64,000 nucleotides of DNA. Source: Antedon mediterranea. Taxonomy: Eukaryota; Animalia; Echinodermata. Where the stretch lies: NCBI RefSeq assembly GCF_964355755.1, contig NC_092675.1:7187812-7251811 (forward strand). Reading direction: 5' to 3'. The notes under the pieces are model-generated. The model was not told the DNA's origin, did not search any database, and worked only from the letters and a program-made list of their open reading frames with translations. Below are positions 24,091-37,600 of this stretch, piece after piece; positions within the stretch are counted from its first letter, which is position 1; each line of letters opens with the position of its first letter. The position numbers were made by a program, and so were the translations under genes.

Positions 24091-24154
24091 CATTGTGAAT
24101 TCCAATGGCGACCAGATGAATTAAAACACGGAAATAAATGAACACATTCGCCAT
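24091..24154 (-). CDS. Gene B (tandem paralog) exon 1, signal peptide
   Basis: MANVFIYFRVLIHLVAIGIHN, GTAACG donor, homologous to gene A exon 1. Confidence 0.8.
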
Positions 24155-25065
24155 ACCTTTTAGAAGAAAGAAGAATGTTTAAACAAAATATTTTACAAGG
24201 AAGTTTCAGAGTCAATGGAGTATAGGGTTAGGTCATCTCAGTGGTTAGGTGTTGCGTCAATATACACTTGTTATTGGTTGAAGAAGCATGGAGCTATAAT
24301 TGTATAGCGCCATGAAGCAAATGTTCGAATATCGTTATGCTAAAAGTCATATCTACATAAATCGGCCTAACAATATGTGTTCTAAAATCTGCATGGTTTC
24401 CAATATTACTAAAATATTTATTTATATTATCAAATTTATCCCTAGAGGTTCCATATTTTAAATTTCACTCACCTCAAGCTCACTTATGGTCGGCCTTACG
24501 GTGGTTAGGTCGGCCGGTCGCAAAAGTCACATTCAAACATTTTACCCGGCGCTGTGTAGATATTCATAAAATATGTAAAAATGTAGGCCTACTTAATATC
24601 TTTTTATCTTATCGTCATCAAACTAAAAAATAATTAGCCCGTTCTAAAACAGTTATTTTATTTTTATTTTAGTAAAATGGACAACAACGATATAACCTTC
24701 ATTTGAAAAAAAAAATAAACAAACATTTTTTAGCTTTAGCTTTTTGTTCGTTGATAATGGGAAAAATAATGTTATGCTAATTAAATTACACAAAATTCTA
24801 TTTTTTGGCAAAAGCATTCAATCAAAGAATAACATATTTAAGATATCAAATAAATTCTCCATAAGTTTAAATATGTTGATCATTGAAAATAACATGTTTA
24901 AACTATCCACTCACTGATAAGAAAGTGCTTTTCACGCTGCTGCTCTAGCCCGCTACGTCCCATTAGGACTACTCAATCAGAAGCTAAAGCAAGCAGCAGC
25001 ATGAAACATAAGGAAACAACAGATGATGACCAATAGTAATTGAGTAGATAGTACGCTATATATAA

Positions 25066-25460
25066 TTGTCGTTTACAGAAACGAATAAATAGACACGATG
25101 ATTTTTGTAGTCAACTAAAATTAGCACCCTGGGAATTACTTCCGAAAGAGAAACTTGTCACAAAATGAGTCCAAATTTTTGATTTGGACTCATTTAAACA
25201 AACCCAATTTGTGTTTTGTGTGTAACATTAGGGTTGAGGGATGGAGAAGAGGATAGAGGTACAAAGAAGAACAATTTTGAAACATATTCTTTATCTCCTC
25301 AGTAACGAAATATTTTTTTCATGTTTTATAGGCCTATAAATAATATACCACTTGATTCAGTAACACATTTGCGATTTAATACTTTGTTAAAACTGTCACT
25401 GTCATAGTCGATTGAAATAGCATAGTAGATGTAACGATACACCACTATAACGTTTATATT
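25066..25460. repeat. Internal fragment of the same Helitron family
   Basis: Shared TTAGCACCCTGGGAATTACTTCCGAAAGAGAAACTTGTCACAAAATGAG block with about 34020-34070. Confidence 0.8.
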
Positions 25461-27896
25461 CTTTGTAATTATTAATTAATACAAACGTTGAGAAGCAACT
25501 GTCAGTAATAAAGTTTATTTGTATATTGTGCGTTTATATATCTAACTGTAGGGCCTACTCACACTTACAGTAATACGTTTATTTATACATGTGTTTATAC
25601 ATCTAACCCTCACAGTAAAAAAAATGGGATTCAACTGAACGGAACTGAAAGAAATCAGTGGGTGAGTAGGCTACTTATGTCGACACTGGAACTGATTGTA
25701 ACTAGTAGTGCCTTTCCGCAAGTCATCTATTTGACATGAATGGTTATAGTAAATTATGGATAGCGTTTTAGCTCATTTGGTTGGTCGGTTGGTTGGGCGG
25801 TAAACACTATTGAGCACGCGACTGCAGCCATCTATATGGCCTTGTTGAATTGGTAGACCTTTTGTAAGTTGTTCCAATGAACGTGCTTCTTCCCTGATCT
25901 TTCCTTCCCACCATAATAAATCACAAACAAAATGATTCCACTTATAAAATTATATCTAGGGATGCAATACATGCTGGAATAATAATAATGCTATCATTTA
26001 ATAACAAAACAAGCAAGCAACTCTTCCCAAACCTACTAGGAAAATGAATCATTAATCCGCCTCTGACGCACTTTGATAATATATACAATGTAAAACACCA
26101 AGTACGTCCTCGTTTGAATGAGGCGAGGTGTATGTTTACATCAGATATACACACATTGTATACTAATATACAATGCAGTCTTTATATCCATAATATCTTT
26201 ATCACAACAAGAAAAAAAAAACACTTGTGTATATGCATGAAGAGCGTGTAGTTTTATAGCAATAATATATACAGTATTCTATTTTATATAAATTCGTAAC
26301 ATTACAAAAATAAAGAAGCCTAAATAAATACAATGTAAATATTTTTCTGAAAATATCCCGATATAAAAATAAAAAATACAGAAAATTCAATTTGTTGGCA
26401 AGAACATTATCAAAGAATGAAATATATTAGTATAAAATTATTATAAAAATATATTTGTGTATTTAGATACTAAATGAATTGTCCATACATTAAAACATGC
26501 TAATCTTTATTAAGAGCATCAGGGCAATACAAATAAACCAAAACATTATGGAACATAGAGTAACTTAAGAAGAAAAAATTGTTTGGATGCGTCTGGCCTT
26601 AACAAAACATTTAAATAGGCCAATCAAATTGACATCTTTAATATAGCATTCTTGTTTTAATACCTTACATCACTTTTAATTAATTGCATAGACCTCATAC
26701 TTGTTAGACAAACACATAATAAACATACTTCACAAACCCATCCACTGTAGGTATAATATAAATTTCTTTTTTACACACTTTTTTTTCACAAAACAAATTT
26801 GTCGCTGAAAAAACCTCCAAAACAATTTTAAAAGTTAGTTCTACAAAATATTAAAGTCGTTAAAAATATATATATATATATATTTAAATTCACACTCTAT
26901 AAAATTACCTTTCATAAAAATAATTCATTTTTTATGCTCTATAAAATTCTTAGTTGAAATCATGTAATACCAGCAGCATTAACAGCTTGAGGCATATGGA
27001 ATGCGAGTAATACTTGTTATTTATTAGCACTAGACTTAGGCCAAAATAGTAGCCACCATAGGAATAGGCCTATTTGGACAACAAAACTAAATATATACCT
27101 TTTCAATATTCATTTGGCTATTATTGTACAGTACCTTAATGTGACCTGAGTGGAATGTCTGTTACGAATACAACACTATACTATAGTATAGAATTATTAA
27201 CATTTCAATTTTGTTTCAGTTTTAAGTAGCAGGCCTATGGAAACACTTTACTACTCTAAAATGGCTTTAAACATTAGTTACATTTCATATTTATTTTATA
27301 TGAAAATAAGCTTGTCTTCCAAGACTTAAAATAAGCTCTATCTAGTCATGTTCTTTTTTCTTCCGAGACTTAAATTAAGCTCTACACTTGTTTTTGGTCT
27401 TCTAAGACTTCAAATAAGCTCTAGTGTTCTTCGACCTAAATAAACTATTTACTACAGTACTATAGTATGTTTATTAAAATTAGTTTTTAGAATTTAAATA
27501 ATAACAACTATATTAGGTAAAGTTAAGCGTTATATTAAATTTATAATTACTATAAATGTAAAGTGGGTTTATGTACACTTGTGGCAAATTAAGTTTATAA
27601 TAAAGTAGTATTTTTGTGTGCCAACAGGGTGGTAAATATCAGTGCTGTAAACTACTTTTATATGTTTCGTTTAAATACATAGTCATTGTTCAAATGATAC
27701 AGTAGTACACAAAGTAATTGGGAACTACGGTGCATTCTATTATTAATTTTAAAAAATTTAAAATTATTAAATCACGGCCAAAACTTTACTGTTAGACGTA
27801 ATTACATTACTAATTACATGTGTTACACACATAAACTCACAGAAGTAAATTGTTTTAAATGATTGCGTTTTAATATATATGTTGAGCATTTCTTCT

Positions 27897-27974
27897 TTAA
27901 AAATTGGGATTTGCATAAGTATCAAAACGTCCCAGATAGCTTGAAATGATATCATAACAAAAAATGTATTGGTC
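27897..27974 (-). CDS. Gene A terminal coding exon
   Basis: [25 protein letters not shown]-stop. Confidence 0.92.
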   Translation of the reverse strand, partial: DQYIFCYDIISSYLGRFDTYANPNF

Positions 27975-30900
27975 CTGAAAAACAAAATAAAATGTTATTA
28001 AAAATTGGGTATAAACATAAAAAAAAGTATAGAAAGACAAAAAAGCTTAGTTTTTCCAATTAACATTGGAAATTATAATAGTAATTATGGAATATTATAT
28101 TTGAGTGCAAGTTTATACCTACTGCTATGCAAAACAACATGCGTTACATATCGGAAATCCAATTTATGGTATTTTTTAATCGGTACTGTGCTGTAAGTAT
28201 TTTGTAATATTACCAAAAATAAACTTACAATATTTTGAACTAGACCTGGTCTGTTCGTCCGCAATTTTTTAACCGTTTGAAAGACATCAATGATATTTTC
28301 CAGTTTCATTCGTTCAACAACTTCTACTACTGTGAGGAAGATGCCGGTCCTACCAACACCATTACTGCAAGAAAAAATAGTTTTGTTTCATTTAAACAAT
28401 TAAATTTGCATGTTGACACCTTTTTTCACATTTTAAGGAACCATATCAAAATTATTCTACCACAGTTACTGCATTGAACAACATTTTTTCTATTTAACCA
28501 GTTTATGTAATTATTTAGCAAAGTACCCCTTTTTATTTGGGTAATTATCATAATAATTATGACTGCCTAATAAACGTCTACATTGAAACAAACTAGTGTG
28601 TAGACTATTAAAGTAAAAAAACAAATGACATTGCAGTAGAATAATACTGACATGGTCCCTAAATGTATTTTAAAAGCAACCGAAAAAATAAAGGATATTA
28701 AGAATTCATGTAAAAAATAGTAGTAGTACAAATGGGAAAACTTTGCTGTTTATGTACATACAATAAACAACAAATGTACCCGAGGTCTGGACCAATTGAC
28801 ACCAACCCCCTGCCTCTCAAGTCTCACCCTCTTCCCTGGATCTGCATATGAGATTGCTGTAAGCATCTGCAGATGTTTTTTCTGCTCCATTGGATTGAAG
28901 TCTGGTACCAATTGATGTTTAAGAACAAGATACATACCTGCAATGCACAGCAATTGGATGGTTACCATGGTGATAGTCATGTTGGTTGTCGTCTACCAGC
29001 TCCAGCACCTCTAATAATGTCGTAGGATTTTCAGGAATGTCTTGGTCCGCTGACCATCCATGTATCTGAAACAGTTTGACTTTAGAAACAGCTTCCTGGT
29101 AAAATAAAATATTACAAAATTACATTTGTAGTACTGTTACTGTTACTGACACCTTAAATTTCCCAGCAATAATGCTCCAATAAGTAACATGTAAATGACA
29201 GACAAGAACATCTATAACAATATATTACAGTTTCCTTAATAATAAGAAAGATATTTTTTCAATTCTCTTATTTTCGCTTTTTGCTTTTTATATTATCTTA
29301 TGTTATATTTTACATATAATAGTAATATGACACGAAAAAATATACTATGTTACAAAATACAGCTACTATACAGAAACCATATATTAAGGGACATTTCTAG
29401 GAGCTGACAAACTGTCTACTTAATAGGTATTTCCCCCTGAATTGAGATTGGTCAGTGTTTCACGAAAATGGCCCCTTAATAGGCGTGTCCAAAAGGAGGT
29501 GTTCTACTTTATATACATTATATTCTAAAATTAACCAAAAAGCTTACCGGCTTGTTCTTGTTAGTGATGCTAAACTCTCTGATAGTAATGTCTTTTTTAG
29601 AATTACTAGTTTTTAGTGTAACAACCAAAGGACCATATTTCTCACTGTTACCTTCTTCATCCATCCAATACTTTGCATAAGACTATCAAATAAGAAACAA
29701 AAAATAGTAAAAAAACAGTATCAAAAAAAGTATGTTTAACCATATAATACAAAGTTATTGTTTAAAGAAATATTACTTTGAGAAAAAGACATTTCTAAAA
29801 GAAATTCTTACCGGATCATTTGAATCCATGTCATTGAGCATGACAACCGAACGAACATTCCAGTCAAATATTAAACGCCACATATCTTCTACAGTGTCAG
29901 GTAAAGGCATCTGAGTTGCTATAAACTTGTCTTTTTGTTTATATCCCTACAATTAAAATAATAAGATATTGGAATGCAACAACTACAGGTGAAAGACTTG
30001 AACTGTGAGCTAGGCTTTGGAGTGAGATTGGACACCAAATGGAATATCAGTAACCCTCCTCTAAAGTGTTTTTGTGGCATCATTAGATGACACCCTACCC
30101 ACATTTTAAAGTTTCCAGATCATCAAGGTAACAACCTGTTCTTTCGGAAAGATCCCTGTTGGTTCCTTAAAGTTCACACAAGCTAGATACCTGTATGTAA
30201 ACTGGATTTCAAATTTCAAGTCTTTATCTGAGACAACTTGTTCTACCACCAGAACTGTGCAGATTCTATAGCTATAGGGTAGCTATAAAACCAAATGAAG
30301 AACACTTCTGTGTGGCAGTATTCATTAACACCTTGATGACCTATGACCCAAGATTAGGTAATACGGCAGCATGGTTGACACAGGGATACAATCACTATTC
30401 TTTTCAATAGTATCAAGTAAAGGTGATCAACAGCCTAGTGTCAAATGGACATGCTAACCATCTGCACAATGACACAAACAATTGTCTTGAATTGGGCTTT
30501 CTTGTTTAGTTAGATTGGCCTTTCTAATTTCTTATGCTTAGCCAACAAAACTCAAGACTAGTAAATTAAATTAGTAATCAAACTAAAGTAAATCAACTCA
30601 TTCTTACATCGACAAATGACGCGTTGATGTATTCATTTCCTCCAGTAGAACTCTCAGTGACCAGAAATGGACGGTTACGATCAACTGAAACAAAAAAATA
30701 GTCACCAAAAGAATATTTATTTTTCTTTTACAGAAAAAAATACAAAGTCAAATGAAAAATGAGGCAATGGGATTAGTAGTTACACAATTTAAATGTAATA
30801 AGTGTACTCTGATTAAAAGAAATAGGCTGTTTTATATATTTTTTTTTCTAGACTAGATCAGTAGCAATTTATATATTTTATGAAGAGGGAGAGTGTTAGA

Positions 30901-31539
30901 GACAACAAAATCCCCTGATGAGACATTTTACTAAAGTACATTTTCAATTACAGCATTATTTCATTTTGATTAGTATTCACATAGAATATATATTTTATAG
31001 CATTGAAGTATCATTTATTTTGGTGTTTTTTTAAAATAAGTTCAAAGTTTAGCTTGTCAGTGGAAACTTTTTTTGGAGACTCACTAAAAAGTAAAGTATT
31101 TCATAAAGCAGAAAATAAGAAGAAACTGCAAATACGAAAAGAATAAAATAGAGTTCCCATATTGGCAGAGATAAAAGATAAATATATGAAATAAATAGAA
31201 CTAAAAGTCATAAAAATAATGTATTTGAAAACAAAATATTATAATATAATAAATAATAATTCTTTGAAGTGGTCTTATTAAAATAAAACAAATTATTTAT
31301 ATCAAATAAACAAATTTGTGTCTAAAAATGAACAGCTTTGTAAATTGTGAGGTGGGTTTGATCATGCAAGAAATAAAATATATAATAATATTTTATTTCC
31401 TGTTTGTTTGACCGACATGGATTGAGATCTGATATCAAATTAAACATACTTTAATAATTAAAAACAAAAACAAACAATAAGAATTGTATTTTTGTATTTT
31501 CTAAATTTAAAAACAGTTAAAATTTGAATTTCATCACAG

Positions 31540-31590
<51 letters not shown>

Positions 31591-31627
31591 CCCCTAAATA
31601 TATATATATATATATATATATAACCCC

Positions 31628-31665
<38 letters not shown>

Positions 31666-34600
31666 ATATGATTTTTTCAAATATTTTTTTTCTCCATGTC
31701 AAGTATACAAAGACAGAAAAGGAAAGAAAAATTGTTAATACAACCACCAACAACCCGCTACTTCCACCTTTAGATTATTCAAATTATTATCTATAATTAC
31801 TATACTGTATTTCAAGTTAAAATCATGATTGTGAGGCATTTGATAAATAGGCAACTGCCTTAAAATGTCTTAACATGTTTCGAAAAAACTATTCTCATCA
31901 TCATAACAAAAAAACGCCTAGAGTACTTATATTATACCAATAGGACAGGTTGTATGTACAGTAAATGAGGAAGTAATTTAAGCATAAAAATCCCAGGAAC
32001 GTGGAAACAAACAATCATATATTATATTTTGATATTACTGTATTATCTTTGTATGATTCTATTTCTCAGCATGGTACTGAAACTACTGTAGATCATGTTA
32101 ATAGTAATAGAAAAACAATATTTTATTTACTATACTACTATTATGTACTATTAAAATTAGCTAGATTAGATAATTGTCTATCACTAATAAATTTGATTAA
32201 TTTACATGGATTTCAACTGCTTGTTTGGAATATCTAAAAAACAATAATTGGCATATTAAAATTAGAAGCAACTGAAAATACTGCACAAAATTAGTAAATG
32301 GCTCACAGAAGAGAATTTGAATTCACACCAATTAGTACAGTATAATTTTAAATCAAAATAATCACAGTGTAAACCGATGATCTCCAGTCACAAGTATCTA
32401 AAGAACAAATAACAACTGACATGAAATACTCAGACACGAATAAATGACAAATGATAACAAATAAAATATAAATATTCTTGCTGTAAAAATAGTAAAATTT
32501 GAAAAAAGAAAAATAAATACATATATGTTAGTTACATAGGAAACACAGATTGACAGTAAAAAAAAACCTGAAAATGTTAAATTCGGTATTAACATCAGTT
32601 CAACGTCAAACTAAAAATATTATTGAAGGGTAAATTCAAACACATTTTGTTAACTTACTTGGTACAATGTTTGAAACACGGTTCTTGTGTTGGTTCTCTG
32701 GCAAATGTCCTGCCTTACAGTGATCAGCTGGAGGATATGGAGTTACAAGTTTTAGAATCTGAAATTAAATTCATAATTACTTTACATTTACTTTGGCAAA
32801 TTTCCAAGGATAACCATACTCCACCCCAAAGTCAAAACAACTAGATTTAGAAACACATATATTCCATCAGCTATCAGGTTGTATAATAGAGATTTCAAAC
32901 ACTAGTCCGCTAATTACTCATGTTTCTGTTACATTTCCCTGTTCATTTTTTATTTAGTCTTGTTATTTATGTTATATTTATACTAACTCGAGTGTACTTA
33001 AGGACCCATATCTCATAGCTGTATATTTTTGCCGTTGTGACAATAAAGTTTTATCGTATCGTAAAGAGAATTAATTTATTCACTATCTTTCTTAAAGGTG
33101 GCAAACACAAGAAACTCTACATAAACAAAGTCTTAATACCTGTCTACACTATCAAACTTTATGCAACAAAAAAGGTTGATGTCCCCAAATATGGTAGTGA
33201 ATTGTCATCGTGTCCATATTTGGGCACATCACATTTTATTTTGTCACATAAAGTTTGATAGTGTAGACAGAGCTTTAAACAACTCTTTGGGAGTTGTTCT
33301 TATGTTATGGAAAAAAAACATTTGACAGAACTTGAAACCATCAAAACTGTGGATCGGTAACTGAAAATAACCACCAAACTCTATTCCATATTTGTGTTTT
33401 TGATATTGCAGTTGTGATGTATCAAAACATGCTTTATTAAATGCACCTAATAAATCAAGTAAACAAATTTTAATTAGTTTTATCAACCAACCTCAAATTC
33501 TTCTTCTATATAAGTCTTATCCGTCTGCGGAATAAGGCGCTTCAATGTAGACAGACGAGTTTGGAAGTTACCAGTATTCAAAGCAGTATCTCCACAAAGA
33601 CTGTACTCCAATAAGGCATCATAGATAAACACATATTGTTCCTAAAATACACAAATATTTCATATTATACACACATAGATACAATCATAAAAACTAATGT
33701 GTAGTGTTGCTGCAGCATGGTGGCATGGTTGCCTTCCACTTGTAACTCACAACTGAGACTTAGTTTATAAGCGTGATACAGTTTTTTCTGTAATTGGCAA
33801 AAAGGAAAAATACATATACCACAGTAAATTTTAATTACTAGATGGTACGCTCGCTTCGCTCGCGTACCATCTAGGTCGTGCCCACAGATGGTTCTCGAAT
33901 ACATAATAATTTCAGCGTTAAAGAACTGGCGATTTCAAATGTACGTATCGCAGGACAATAATACATGTCGTTTACAGGAACGAATAAATAGACACTGTGA
34001 TTTATGTACTCAACTAAAATTAGCACCCTGGGAATTACTTCCGAAAGAGAAACTTGTCACAAAATGAGACAAATTGTTTAAGTCAAATTTAAACAAACTT
34101 AATTTGTGTTTTGTATGTAACATTAGGGTTGAGGGATGGGGAAGAGGATGGGTGCAAAGAAGAACAATTTTTAAATATATTCTTTATCCATTTAGTAACG
34201 AAATATTAATTGTTTTCATGTTTTACAAATAATATACCACTATAGGCCTATACAGTAAAACATTGCGATTTAATACTTTGTTGAAACTATCACCGTCGAT
34301 TGAAATAGTATAGTACATGTAACGATACATCACTACGACGTGTATATGTTTATATAATTTAAAACAATTTGTGAACACCACCTCTATTCGGGCAAAATCA
34401 TAAATTCGATTTAATGGTCAATACATTTTAAATTATCTAACTCAACTTAATTAGTAGGCATAATGGTTTTCAATTGTTTTTAGAGCCAATTCATACTTAA
34501 GTTGGTTCCTACCCTACCCTACCCTCCGAAGTTGTTCTGCGTTTACTGGTTTTACAACGCTACTCATGCCAGTGAGGGAAGGGTGGTGATGTGGGTGGTT

Positions 34601-37600
34601 TAACTGCAATAATAAAGATGTGTACATAATATACGGCGAGTGAAAACGCTAGCTCATTATCTGTTTAAAAAAAATGTATATCCAACCTCTGCAGCACAGA
34701 TTGAAATGGTTGGGTTGGTTGAAAAAAAAATGGATCGAATTTCTGTTATGAGTATACAGTACTTGCCTTTACGACGCCTGAGGGAATAGACACTTGTGGA
34801 ACAGAGATTGGAATGTTCCATTCATCGCAAATCAATACATTTGTATAAACGTATATTAAATCTATCAAAATAGTATTTTTTAAAGAAAATCGGCCTGTCT
34901 TCAACATTATGATGCTGTACTCGAGCTGTTCAACCGGTTTTCAGCCATTAAAAACAATTATCGTAGGAGGAGATAGGAAAATGCGAAGCATCCTCGTATT
35001 ATCGTCTGCGGGTATTTTTAAAGACGGACATCCATTAGACAGTGTATACCACGATCGAAAAACACCCCTATTTGGGGCAAATCGTTGAACCTAAATTCGT
35101 TTTAATCGTCAATAACTAATTATCGAACTCAATTTAATTACTAAACAGGGTTACATCAGGCGGTTAAAATCAGTACCGAAAGTACGAACCAACTTTATAT
35201 ACCATCGAGTAAACATTCTAGAAATAACGCGCGATTTACCGAATTTTGCCCTTACGTAAATTTATATATAGATTTGATTCCTTGTTTGCAGTATGTTATA
35301 ATCTTGCATACTAGTAGCACTAGCACTAAGGTAGCAAAACAGTGAAATATTCACTGTGTAAATTTTAGTTGTATCTTAACAATTTCAGGAATTGTTTTAT
35401 ATCATAAACATTTACAACTTACAGGTGTTTGAACCATGTTGATTCGTTGGTCTCTTAGTTTACGTACATAGTTGTAAACATCAACTTTTTGTTCTTTATC
35501 AATCATTTCCATCATACTGTCAATGCAAATGAATGTTCCTGTTCTTCCAACGCCAGCACTGAAAAAAGATTATTAAGCATTTTAAACAATTTACTTGCTA
35601 CTCAAGTTGTACACATTTTCTGCTCAGAGCATAATCTCAGGAGCATATCAAAATCATAAAAACACAGCTTCTATAACACTATACTTTTTTTTCAATAGCG
35701 TCCTCCTATGCTTTAAATTTAAATATAAATGGGGGAATAACCTGTGACTTGTAGCCTACTGGGCTGAATTGCTCATAGGTGTGGATGACATACCACAACT
35801 TTCTACTCCCCTAAGGGAGTGAGTGCTGCAACCAAACGACACCCGTTCGTTTACCCACAACGACAGGGGTTAAATGGACCAGTACTCCAGTGTAACCCCT
35901 ACTCTTCCGAAAGATGTACTGGGTTCTTTAAAGTGCACATGCGAGCCAGAGATATACATACTGGACTTCCAGTTTTAAGTCCTTAAGTCTATGTTCTACC
36001 ACCAGAACAATGGTCGAGGAGAACTTGTGCCGATTGTATACTTATGGTTCACGGCTCACTCGACTCAACTAGATGTCGGTTTTACTAATAACAAAAAAAT
36101 AATTTTGATGTTGGAAACAATAAAAAGCACATATTTTTACCTGCAGTGAACAAGTGTTGGAGAGGAGTTGCTTTGGCTACTTTGTTTAATCTTCTTAACA
36201 TAGTTGAGGGCAGCAGTGGCATAAAGTGGTACACCCATGTCTGGCCAGGATATGAAATGGAACTGTTTGATGCGCCTAAAATCAACATCGCTGTCCTAGA
36301 TAGAATAGATTGAATTTGTTTTAAAATGGCAAAAACAAATATTAAATACAAAGAACATTTAATACATATAAATCTAGAGCATTTACAGTACAAGGAAATC
36401 TCATTCAGTTATCAAAGTGTAACAAAGGTTATATTATAAGTTGTTATGAGGAGAACTTTGATAAGATGGGATACGTCTTTTTTAAGAATGAATGAATGAA
36501 CTATCTATATTTAAAACAAAAACATATCAGGTAGATGAAGCACCTGTTTTACATGGTCCTGTTTTTAGAACTTACTGTTAAAAATCACAATACAAAGACA
36601 CAAATTAAAATAAATAAAAGATAAAAGATGGATGGTTACTTACTTACAATGGCAATAAATTGGTTTAAAAATTTTGGGGAAGAAGGATAAGATAACATCC
36701 AAAGATGTCATAGAAAGAAGTAGTGAAGAATAGAAGAATGGTAACTGGACTTGGGAAGAACTAGATAGAAGGTATGATACGAGTGTCAGTAAGTAAATGA
36801 ATAAAAACGGTACGAACCTTCCAGACTTTTAAAGATCTAATCTTATAGTCTGCATAACTTTCTGTGACCTCTAGGAGAATGCTGATCTCTCCAAACTCAG
36901 CAACATGACCTCTGTTATCTGGCCAATACTTTTTGCATTTTTCCTGAAAATTTAAGAATGGCCAGTGTAATATTTTATGTATACACTAATACTTGAATGA
37001 TACATATATTAGTTTAGCATAATATATTATAAAGAGGAATTTATAGGTGATTATAATCTTCCCGTCTATTACTCTAAACCTACAGAGATTAGCTAACCCT
37101 ATCCTCTGTTGACCAGCTAATATCAGTTCGCAATCAATTAATTTAAGTTCTATGATCATTCTCAAACTTTACATTTAATCACATAATTACTGAGAAAGTA
37201 GGATAATTAACTCATAATCGTTGAGTAACTTTGGTTTTTGAAAGGAAATCTAAATTCATACCTTGCCCGATTCAATAACATTAGACAACATCACAATAGT
37301 TGTGACATTCTCTTGCCAAATCATACGCCAAAAGTCAATCAATGAAGCATTATTTGGTCCTGAAATCAGAAAAGAAAGAAATCAAATTAAACATATGTGG
37401 TAAACTAAGATGTTTTCCTGATGAAACTCTCAATATATTTCTATTTTGTCATTTTTGTAGTAGCAAACACTTATACTGCTAAATTGCCAAGTCTTATGCA
37501 TAATGGTATGTTGTAGTGCATTAACATGGTGAAGCAGAGTTTGGAAGTTAATATAACTTACCTTGACTTGCGATGTAAAAATTATCTCTCTTGTATCCCT

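Noticed and set aside
31517-31753. ORF with IYIYIY runs
   Set aside because: Translation of a (TA)n microsatellite.
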